Shown piece after piece: positions 12,778 to 23,600 of a DNA stretch of 59,480 nt. Source of the stretch: Klebsormidium nitens (lineage: Eukaryota; Plantae; Klebsormidiophyceae); assembly GCA_000708835.1 (NCBI GenBank), contig DF237318.1:33556-93035 (forward strand), in the 5' to 3' direction. Made by a program: the position numbers and the translations under genes. A model generated the notes under the pieces. It searched no databases. It saw only the letters and a program-made list of their open reading frames with translations, and was not told the DNA's origin. Position 1 is the stretch's first letter. Each line of letters begins with the position of its first letter.

Positions 12778-14634
12778 TAGCTGACCTCAGCAAGTGAGAC
12801 ACGCGGCGCTATTTGAGTAAAGCCCTGCTTCATCTATGCTATCGCGTCCGTCCAAGTGGCTTTTTGTGCGATTGGGAGCCACGTGACCCGAACTTCGAAT
12901 GAGAACTTGACGTCAGCTACATGTCATTGAGTTTGCTCCGAACTTGCAAAACCCTAGCGAGGTAGTAGGCTAGTTAGGCTAGTTAGGAAATCGAACCGGA
13001 TGCCATGCATGCATGCACGTATGATTAATCTGCTGTAACACGCTCAGGGGCCAGGGCTGTCCAAAACCCATCCTAACCGCCTAGCTAACCCCACCCATCC
13101 TCTTCGAGTTCCTGCACCGCTGCAACTCAGTATGCATATTAACACTGGCGACAGCGCCACTTTACCCCGAGTGAATCCAATGATTGCTCGTTGCAAAATG
13201 TCAGACGTCCCCTCAGCCCTGCCACCTGGTGAGAATTTTTGCATATATTAGCTTACTGCAAATCAGGAGATCATGATTTATAGGCTGTTGTGGGCTGTTG
13301 CGCAGAGATAATACCTTCAAAAATGGACGAAAAATGAGAAGACGGGGATGTCCTCCGAGCAAGGCTGGCCCGAGGACAAGCTGGACTCTGGACTGCAAGC
13401 TCTTGGCTTATTCCCCGGGTAGGTGCTCCGACCTTCTACCGGTATACCATAACCATTGACCATTAGTATATGAGAAGGTCCTGTACAGATTCTGACCCCG
13501 TATGTGACTCTAATACGGCCGTGAGTCTTCGTCAATTCCACTGCAGAATCTACCGTAGTCACAGAAGTCGACTCGTGCATGCATGCCTGGGCCCTCGAGG
13601 CTGGGCCCTGGGGTACGGGGATCGGATTCGGCATATTCCTTGCCCTGTCACTGTGCCCCGGGACCATTTAAAATTCTGATTTGTAGCTTCCCGGCCTTCC
13701 GGCCGTCCCCCGGGCGGATGACCAACCAAAGATTCTATCCTGAGTTTCCAGGTGGCAGGTTCAGAATCAGAGTCTACCGTAGCTAGATCCTCGACGAAGG
13801 GACACTTCTCTCTCAAGATGTTGCTTCAAGAGTGCGACTCCCGACTGACGCGAACTTGGTGCATCATACAGACTTGCTTGGTAGTACTACCGGTACTAGG
13901 TGCATGATCCGAGATCGCTAGCGCTCCGAAAAAACAACTAATACAGTGATGGTGTGGGGGTGAGCATTGCAGCTCGTTGTCTGCCATTTCTGCATGGGGG
14001 GCAACACAGATCATCGGATGCTTCAAAACTGGTGGCAACTGTGCCTCGCAGAAACCACCAGTGTCCTCGCCCCACTTTCCTAAGCTTCTGTCTGACAAAC
14101 AGACATTCTGGAACAGACGACTTCCTTGAGAACCAAATACCAAATCCACTAGGCCGCATAACTGCATAAGACGAGTTTACTTGCACCTGAGTACAAAGGT
14201 TGCAGCAGCAGTCCGTAGCTGGAACGACAACGCGCCACAAGGGGGCTTACAGTGAAGGTGTCAAAAGGAAGAGCATAGACGTAAGGTTCCCGCCTTCTGT
14301 TCAGCAAACTATTTCTGGTGGGGAGGATCTGACTGCAAGTGAACACAGCTTATTAGAGAAAGGAACAGAAGGGCGCCACCAGACAAAGTCTCAGGCGCGC
14401 TAAAAGGCAGACACTATCATTTAGTTGCATGCTCACCTAAGATAGGTGGTGCAAAAGTTTTGTTCAGGCTGCAATTGGACTTTTCAGAAAAAGGTGGCAG
14501 GAGAAGGAGGAATGAGAGGGGGGAAGCTAAGCATGGGCTGGTTTGAACTAGAGACTGGCAGCTAACCAACTAATCTTGTAACCAGAGATGGGGAAATAAC
14601 CACCCGTCCCTTCAGGAGCAACTTGTTCTCAGGC

Positions 14635-17600
14635 ATGGGAGAGGTGCCAGTGACAGAGGTCCAGCACAAGGCGCCACGTGGCAAGCTGCAATGGCGCCAC
14701 CTGTCAGTGGACGCCAAGGAGGCCTTGCTGCGAGGGGGGCGGGTCAGCAACCTGCAGCTGGCCATCTTAATGATGATTCTTCTCTGCGGAGTGGACATCC
14801 TTATGCGGGGAACGCTCCAATGTTCGAGGGGACCAGACGTTTCACAACGTTCTGGGGGCTTGGCCCTTGCTGGGTTTGCTGGGGGGGGAGCGCTCGGGTC
14901 GTCGCGGGTGCGGTCAACCCACATGGCGTGCCCGCTGCATTGCGTAACTAGGGATGGGGAGGGGAGGAATGCGGTGCCCATTCAGCTGCCATGCCAGCCT
15001 GTTGCGTGCACAGAACTAGATATGGGTGGGAAACTAGACGGGAGAAAACTAGAGGGAAAAAAGGTAGAGACGGGAAGTGTATTGGGGGCAAGAGAAGAAG
15101 CAGGGGTCGGGGTCAGAAGAAATGCAGAAGCAGGAGGAATTGGAGGAGCAGGACAAGAACTAGAGCGGGCGGAAAGTAAGGGGGGCAGCTTGTTAGCATC
15201 AGGCAAATTGCCAGAAAGAATGCTTCCCAGGAGAATAGAGGAGCCAAGTCTGTCAGACACTCCGATCTTCTTCCTGGCGACGGATCCAGACCCGTACTCG
15301 ATCGTGTGCATGAAACTGGCCCGCATCTACAGCCCGAAGGCGCCGTTGTATGTAATTACAACGAGGTGAGCTGGCGCCTCATGTGTCAGGCAGCAGCATC
15401 AAGGTGATCAACTAGACGTGTGGAAAACTTTGCGGGACGTTTATGTTTACCTGCTCTGCAGAGCACAACTCGGGCGCTTGGCAGTCACTGAATCCAGGTT
15501 GACACCCTACTCTACAGTCCCTTTCCACTGGAGCGTTTAGAAAGTCCAGAAAGTCCAGAAAGTTTTGTCATAAATTGGCCTTCCCACCTGGGTAATCCAA
15601 CTTTCGAAGAACGGTGGGTGGGGCCCATACGCACTTGTTCAAGTGTATGCATTCGCTTATGGTCCACTTCAAGGTGCTGGGAAACAGAGACCCTGAAGCC
15701 TAAAGCCAAACATTCCCTTTAAATAGAACGTTGCCAGTTAGAAATTGCACCTTACCAGACTCACGAAGTTGCTTTCTGAATATGCTGTTCCGGTCCTCGT
15801 TCCTCTGCTCCTCCCAAATGTGCCTGATCAGATGCATGATTAATACCCGGCAAAAACTGAATGATATGAGACAAATGCAACCTAGATTATCCACTGACTT
15901 CCTAACGTGAGCTGCTTCAATTTGCCCCTCAGGTACGCAGTCGCGCACGCACGGTTCCATGAATTGCTGCACCTGCCAAACGTGCGGTTCAAGATGCTGG
16001 AACACTACGTCGAGGACGGCTCCGACTCAAGCGAATTCTACAAGGACTACATCCACCAGAGCGTGACGCAGGTGCTCGGAACTCTCACTAACCAAACAAT
16101 ACCTCTTAACTCTCACTATTAACTCAAAAATACCTCGTAACTGTCACTAACCGAACAATACCTCTTAACTCTCACTATCCAAACAATACCTCTTAACTCT
16201 CACCAACCAAACAATACCTCTTAAGTCTCACCAAAGAAAAAATACCTCTTCACTCTCACTAATCAAACAATACCTCGTAACTCTCACTAACCAAAGAATC
16301 CTTCTTAACTCTTACTAATCAAACAATACCTCTTGAAGTTCCTCAACCCAGCTCCTGAAAGATGCTTTGAGACTGATCCGGCTATGCCAGTCAGCGTTAA
16401 AGCTGCGGCCTTTTCTACACCCTCTCGCTGCTTCGTCCGAAAGTCGACTTCCAAAAGCTCCTCGAATGAAAAGTCGCTGTTTGTTTTCACAGACTAGAGT
16501 CCGAAGCCTCCGATGAAGCGCTTCCGTTATGCAAGTCGAGAGGGTAACGGGGCATGGACTTGGACTTTTGTTTGTGGAGGAAAGGGAATGAAAGATCGTT
16601 TCTTTCCCCGCAGATCAGGTTTGAGCGGCCGTCCGTTTGTGAAGAAAAGAGAATGGAAGATCGATTCTTTCCCCGCAGATCAAGTTTGAGCGGCTGTGCT
16701 TCTTTCGCTATTTCGTCATCCGGGAAATCTGCCGCGAGGAGGCCATCCAGCGCTTCCTCTACATGGACGGTGACGTGGCGCTCTTCTCTGACGTCAGCAA
16801 GTTCGCCGCGCATGACGTGGACCTGCTCGCGCTGACCACGCACTCGGGCTTCTTCTCGCTCTGGCGGCTGTCGCCGTTTGAAAGATTCTGCGAATACATG
16901 GCGGGCTTTTACAAGCGGGATCGGGAGCTCGTATACGAGGTGAGATCAAGCGTACTTGATTTGATTCGGCAATAGTCTGTGGGTTCTTCCGAGATACGAT
17001 GGGTCTGAAAATTTCCTGCGCATTTGCAGTTAGCATTTGGATCACTCAATGTATAAGACCTGTGAGAAGTCAGCGTAATCGTCTAAGATTACTTGGCTTT
17101 TATCGTTTTGAGTGTCATTGAATAAGCGTTCTCTAACCCGCTTACGTTCAAGAACTCTGCACTCACGTGGCTCGCTTTTGTAGAAAACACCCGTAGCTAG
17201 TCCACAAGCTTAGCGTTTCCCGTTGCCGGACAGTAGGCTCTGAGGTTCCGGGTATTACGAAAGCCATTTCAGGAACGAAGGAGAAGAAGAAGACCATTTG
17301 GAATAGTGCCTTTCGACGCTTGAGCCCACTCAGTCCTGACCGTTGGACCTGAAGGGGTATCGTATCGCCTGAGATGATGATCAAAGCCCCCAATCCTTTC
17401 CCGATGTCTCAGAAAGCTGCAAAGCTGCACTCATGCGCTCGAATCCACGACCTTATTTCGTTACCGGTTCCGCTTCCCTTTCCGTGCAGGACATCAACCG
17501 GTACGGCATGAAGATGAAGGAGACGTCCGTGCAGTTCAGCGACTCATTCACTTGCTTCTTTCGCCATTATTTCAAGAGTCGCAAGTCGCACTCTGACGCT

Positions 17601-19320
17601 CGAACCCACACGCTCATTCCGTTTCCGTCTCCGCTTCCGTTTCCGCGCAGGACATCAACCGGAACGGCATGAAGATGAACGAGACGTTCGTGCAGTTCAG
17701 CGACATGTTCACTTGCTGCTTTCCCCGCCGGTACAGAAGTGCCCTCTTCACGCAGAAATCATCATCCCATTCCTTTTCCGGTTCCGTTTCCGCGCAGGAC
17801 ATCAACCGGAACGGCATGAAGATGAACGAGACGTTCGTGCAGTTCAGCGACATGTTCATGATGTTCTCCTGGTGGCAGCAGCACCAGGCCGACTTCTCCT
17901 GGAAGTTCCTCGTGCACGACTCCAAAAAGTTCCAGGTCAGGCCCTAAACCCTTTTCCTTAACCCTCGTACATTTCTGAGCTTAACCCAGTGGCTAGCAGT
18001 GACCTGTTTTGCTCCTGGTGGCAGCAGCACCGAGCCGACTTCTCCTGGAAGTTCCTCGTGCACGACTCCAAAAAGTTCCAGGTCAGCTTTTTGAAATTAA
18101 CCCCAACCCGTGTGCTTAAACCTCGATTTCCTCTCTGTGTATCCGGTCTTTAGGAAGGACCTCTTCTCCACAGATTTTTCTGTGCACGATCTTTGTGTCG
18201 AGCTCAGCGTTTGCTTCTTGACAAACTTCCCACGACATTCCGTATGCTCAAATTCAGAGGCACTGAAGTGAGAGACGGGTATAGCGGGTGAAATGCTGAT
18301 AATGGAGCGCATTGTATTCTCAAGAATGACAGAGCATTTCGGAGAGATCGACAAAGCTATGATCCCGGGGTTTTCCTCAACTCGTGAGGACATGCTAGGC
18401 TATGGCAATTGTGGGATCTTAAGTGCCTCTCCTCTGCGGTCCTTGCAGGACGGCTTCTTCGAGTATTGGCCCATGATGAACCTGCAGAACATCATCGGGT
18501 GGGACTGCCTCGAAGAGGACTACCGGCAGAAGATGGAGTGGCGGGAAGACGAGCAGGTACGGCCACGTGGTCGCTCGCACTTTTGGACACGTGTCATTCA
18601 CGTCGACAGCTCTGCTACTGTTGCTGGGCAGCGACGGTTTTCAAAATGTTGCTTGTTCGGGATGCGGTTGCCGTGCTCTTCTGCTCTGTCAACTGTTCCG
18701 ACTGCTGATCGAAGGCCAGATTCTCGCAATGGACCTAGGACGTCTGCCTGTCTTGGGCCTCTTCGTTCTTGTAGAGAACTGTAGAAGCTGATTTGCTGTT
18801 CCCTTCCTCTGGTTCTCTGGAAGCCCACGCGCAGTTCGCGTGGATTGTAAGTGGTCGTATAGAACGGTTGATCGGCTCTTGGACGGCTCAGAGTCTGTCT
18901 CTGTGTTCTTTCGTCTTCGTTCGTTTTGAGCGCCGATTCATCAAAGTCAAGAGCATTTCACGGCGCGCATGGCCGTGGCCTCGTAAGAGGATGCGAAAGA
19001 GAACTGTCGGCTAAACCGTTCAAACTCCACATATACGCGACGGAATGCATTGCTAAAGAGTGTAAGGATTCCGGTGTTGAAGCAATATGATGCGTCTTTT
19101 GCAGGGCAAGCCGATGCCGCATTTCAACGGCACCACGTTTCCGGGCCTCCATTTCCAGGGCTTTTACTGTAAGAATCTGTCGCGTTTCATATTGGATCCC
19201 ATCATAGACAAGTGGCTACCGGTCAGAACGCACTCCTCGGATCCGGGCCTGAAGATTGCGTCACCCCTCCAGAGATACGACCTTAACCCCGGGTTACCGC
19301 CCAGTAACGGGCGACGGTAA
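14635..19320 (+). CDS. Putative GT-A-fold glycosyltransferase-like type II membrane protein, family unassigned (6 exons, ~530 aa)
   Basis: Exons 14635..15365, 15933..16071, 16679..16939, 17798..17935, 18449..18556 and 19105..19320 are phase-consistent (1593 nt). The protein has a TM helix (LQLAILMMILLCGVDILM), a low-complexity stem, then YIHQS..KFERLCFFRYF, FLYMDGDV (DxD), FSDM and GLHFQG. The gene model is firm; the function is inferred. Confidence 0.75.
16081..16336 (+). repeat. 28-bp intronic minisatellite, ~9 units, consensus ACTCTCACTAACCAAACAATACCTCTTA
   Basis: Read directly. It starts 9 nt after the donor of exon 2 of the GT-like gene, and the units are head-to-tail without spacers. 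Confidence 0.95.
16585..16700 (+). repeat. Duplicated acceptor plus exon start (GT-like exon 3), period 65 bp
   Basis: GATCG-TTCTTTCCCCGCAG|ATCA(G/A)GTTTGAGCGGC occurs at 16614 (decoy) and 16679 (functional). Confidence 0.85.
17455..18090 (+). repeat. Junction-spanning tandem copies on both sides of GT-like exon 4
   Basis: Acceptor plus GACATCAACCGG..CAGTTCAGCGAC occurs at 17490, 17651 and 17798 (functional). Exon end plus donor (..AAAAAGTTCCAG|GTCAG) occurs at 17935 (functional) and 18081. Confidence 0.93.
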
Positions 19321-20604
19321 AGTACCGAAGCGGAAGTTTTGTTAGTTTGAAGAGTTTGTGACATAAGCCTCGGAGATGTAGGCGGATGTAGGCTCGTATT
19401 CCTGCAGTCTAGCACTTTTAAGAGGGGCAACGGTATGGTATGGCGGGATAGGCCGCCGCTACATCGAGTAGATGTCGAGAAGAAAAATGGTCTCGAACGG
19501 AACGGGCCTTTTACGGACGATTCAGAAACAAAGCGAAAACGATTCTGGGTCACGTGCTATAGCTTTGGTCCTTGCAGAACAAGGAAGTTTCGATGAAAGA
19601 TCGAAGAAACATGTGTAGGTCAGAGCAAGAATCAAGTCAGACCGGCCAAGGGTGGCATATCAATGAAACCTAGCACCTCTACCCATCAGTGTACACGGCA
19701 TACATGCCACCGTCGATATCAGGCTATCTAACTTAATTGCTGAACAAAACGAGCAGTGTCTCTCATGTGCCGGGGCTAGCTAGCTAGGCTAGCTCATGCA
19801 ACCGTTGAACTTATCAGTAACGAACGGAAGAAGTAAGCGCATGCATGATATATACACAAATTTTCCAAGTGGCTATAGCCTAGCTGCTTTTAGTAATGAC
19901 GTCTTATATATGTATTTGAATAACTTGAGAGCTAGTGCCTATGCTCAGCAATGATATGCATGCATATTATACCAGATTGATCGCGAAATGGGCTAGCTCT
20001 CAGTGTGTACTACTACGTGCCTACTAGCCGGGCTTTGCCATGCAAGTTCATTTGCAAAGCTTGTAACTCTTCTGCCGCGGGATCGCGTTATACATGCATG
20101 CGCACGCAGCCGCGGTCGGACCGGCCGCAATTACTAGCTAGTGCATGTATGACGGTCGGGTTCTGATTGGTAACTCAGTGGCATGTTGCGGGGCAGCCAT
20201 GCCGCAGTATATCTTCGTGCATCCTGCCCGTACTTCACTGATCATGTGTTGTTGCGCATAAACATTGAAAAATAGTGCAAGTCCATCGATTGGTAGCGAT
20301 CCGGACATCGGACCCGCGCCCATAGCTGGTATTTCCTGCGCAACGACCGTTTTGGGTCACCCAGCCTCAAGGCCGGGCAGATTGAGAGTTCGAGATAGTG
20401 CATCAAAGGTACGATCAATCGTCCTTTGTGCGGTATCACACTGACACCCGTCAATACTTTTGACTAGGCAGGAGCCTTCAGCGCAGAAGAAGAGCCTCAG
20501 CTGCAATGCCCACCTGTACACTTGCCTCGTTCTGACGTAGCCGCTGTAGCTAAGTTATCGCTCTGTTCTACTTTTGACCTCAGCTAACGCGTGCTCAAGC
20601 TCAG

Positions 20605-23600
20605 CTAGCCCGGCTTCTGGGCGCTCGCTTCGGGCCGGGGGGGCAAAAAGTTCCTAAATCCGCGGTGGACAACCTCCCCCTCGCTGCTCTCATCCTCGTC
20701 CAAATCTCGCCCGGGGGGCTTCACCTTGGGTACTTCCTCTCTCATTGACTCGCTCGCGTCGTCCGGGGCAGCCGCGGCTCGCCTCTCCCGGTGGACCGGC
20801 TCGGTGTCCTCGACATTCCGCTCCGCTTGGTTTCCGCCCAGGGGCTTGAACGCCCGGAACGCACCAAACGCTGACCCCTCTTTGACTTCGGCTTTCAGAA
20901 ACCCCCCCTGGTTTTGCCCTCCCTCCTCTCCACTCCCGGACACGCCTAGGTCCATCTCCGTGCTGCTCGCCGACGGCCGGTGCCGTCCCGCGAGGAGCCC
21001 CGACGCAACCTGGAAAAACGGGAACGCCCCCGGCGGGATCCCCCGGGCCTCGTCCAAAGAATGGAAGGCTCCCGGGGGGATCCCCCGGGCTTCGTCCAGC
21101 GAGGGGGCGTGCCCGGCCTGGGACGGCGCCGACGCGGCCGCGGTCGCGGCGTCGTAAAGCGCGGCCGCCGACGAGGCCGCAGCGTTGTACTCGGGGGGAA
21201 CCCAGATGCTCCCGAGGACCACCACCTGGCCGGGACCGGGGCTCGCACCGCTTGTCGGGATGGGGCTCGGCCGCCGCGTGTGCAACCGGTACTTCTGCAC
21301 GGATATAGATGCGCACTTCAATCAGCCGAGAGCCTCCCAAGGCTTACGGTATCACCTATTTGCGATGCGGGTGCGATTTCTGAGGGGCCGCATTCGCCGG
21401 CGGGCCACTCTAGTCGTTCAGTTTGATTCCCTGCGATGCGCGAATTCGCAGAGATTCAGATACCCCTCCCCTCCGCAGATCAGGTTGGTTCTTATGGAAA
21501 AGTGGCAGCCTCTGCTTTGGTTGGCGGTGCTGTTTCCATCGCCGCTCAGATACCGTCGGCTCCTAACTAGATCTTGCGAGTCGTAAGATCCTATCTGGTT
21601 CCGACTAGAACCTTTCGACTTCTGCCTGTGTGGAACCTGATACTGACATATATTCTTCACCCGGACTTTATCTGGAGTTCGCTCAATCAACGTCAATCAA
21701 AACCCATGATGAGTAAGAAAGCTGACTAAGAAAGCTCCCGGAGGACGCATTAAATTGCTCTACAACTTATGATGGGTGCGCAGCATGTCAGCTGAGATCG
21801 AATTTCTTAGTGGCCCGTTCACAATCCTTAGTCGTCATGCTTTTGATCAACCTGAAATCGAGGAGTATCTCACCTGGAGGTGGCTCTTGACTTCGTCGTT
21901 GGTCAGTCCGTCCACTTTCATGAGCTCCCGGATCTGCTTCGGCGTCGCCACCTGCGACCCCCCCAGCTGGTTCAGCGCGTTCACAAACCGCCGGTGCAGC
22001 TCGGGGCTCCAGCATCGGCGCTGCTTGCGCGACATCGCCCCGGTGCTGCCACGCAAACGAAAGGGGGGGTCAGCAAACTTCCAAGAAAGAGGAGGGGTTG
22101 TTTTCAGGTTTTCGGCTCCGCATGTTTTGAGTCATGATGGAAGGGCTAGTACCGCCGCTGCTTGCACGACATCGCCCCCGTGCTGTCACGCAGAAGAAAG
22201 GGGGGGTCACCAAAATCCGAATGCAAAAAGAGGGGTAACTTCGACTTGGTGATTTGCGCAGTATTTTCATCAAAAATCAAGGGGCTCCAGCACCGCCGCT
22301 GCTTGCGAGACATCGCCCCCGTGCTGCCACGCAAACGAAAGTGGGGGTCAGGAAAAAAAACGAGGAAAGGGGTACTTTTGGATTTGTTTCTGGTGCAGCA
22401 TGTCTGATTGCAGATCAAGGGGTTCCGCACTGCCGCTGCTTACGCAACATCGCCCCCGTGCTGCCATGCGAACGAGCCGGGGGGCAAGTAGATAAACAGT
22501 GGGAAAAGAGAGGTAATTTTGACGTTCCTGGCGCAGCATGTTCGAAGGAGAAATCCAGGAGGCCCAGAACTGTGCCACACAAATGTAAGAGGTTTTTTGT
22601 CGAATCACGCTAAGTTGAGGCAGATCACTTTCAGGGGAAGAGGGGGGAAAGAAGCGGAGTGGGGTGGGTTGGCTGCAGTATGTTGACACCGGGTTTCGGG
22701 TTTTGCTTTGCGTGAGCCCACGAAAGCGACGCACCTCAACGTAAGCCCAACTCAAATGCAAAATTGAGATCTCTCGAAGCGAGGGGTTAGTCAAAGGAGC
22801 GGGAGAAAGGTGGGTGCTTCTCTGCTTTCATCTCACGTCAGCTTCTTATTCATGATCTCGAAGGATAGCAGATGGGTACTACGACATGGCCCGGCGATGT
22901 CTCTGACCAGTCGCAGACTTTGATCTCGCTTCGCTATCATCGCTCAATTGACAGCTCTCAAAATGAATTCTTACACCCCGACCGTCAATCTGAAGGGTCA
23001 ATCAGTGGGGTCAAACCGTAGATCAAGCGTCCACGTCATCCATTCTCTGTCACCAGTGCACCGCACAATTCTTGAACCCCGTGCGTGCTTTGAGGGGTTA
23101 ATCAGGACATAGTGCTTGCACCTGTCTCTCCACACGGATGGCCCTATCTTCACAATTTCAGGAGTGTCCGCCTCACTTAACTTTCTATTGAACTTCACCC
23201 TTTCTGCCGGCTACTGCTTTCGATGAATTGGTTCTATTTTGCAATGCTCAAATAAGAGTCGAGCGGCCAGATTTGCCACAGCGTGCAGTTACGAGTAAGA
23301 ATAAGTGGAGGCGGTCCTGAGAGAAAGCTCCAATTGTATGAATAGTGCGCCGTGAAGGATAGCGCCAAGCGCAGGGGACGGGTGTGGTTAGCTTTCGGGT
23401 TAGGGTGGGTTTGGGTGCGGAGCGCATGAGTACTTTGATTTGTGTTTCAAGTTACTTCTTACCCTTCAGGACGACTTTAGCAGTCGTGTAGCTTAATCCT
23501 TCACAGAATCGAGACTATGTCCCAAAGAGCCTACCTTCCGGTTCCGTCGGTGGCCATGGCGGTTCCCTCCCCGGAGTGCCCGCCTTCGGTGTCTGAGGGG

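Noticed and set aside
13044-13816. Possible transposon remnant or gene (several overlapping GC-rich ORFs, recurring TCTACCG motif)
   Set aside because: I found no terminal repeats, target-site duplication or recognisable transposase/RT motif that I could support.
16081-16336. CRISPR-like appearance of the 28-bp repeat, and of the polarised junction arrays
   Set aside because: The units are contiguous or separated by mutually homologous sequence rather than unique spacers. There are no cas genes, and the context is eukaryotic intron.
17455-17935. Mutually exclusive alternative exons in the GT-like gene
   Set aside because: The upstream copies contain only the first ~55-65 nt of the exon and have no matching donor, so they are incomplete exons.
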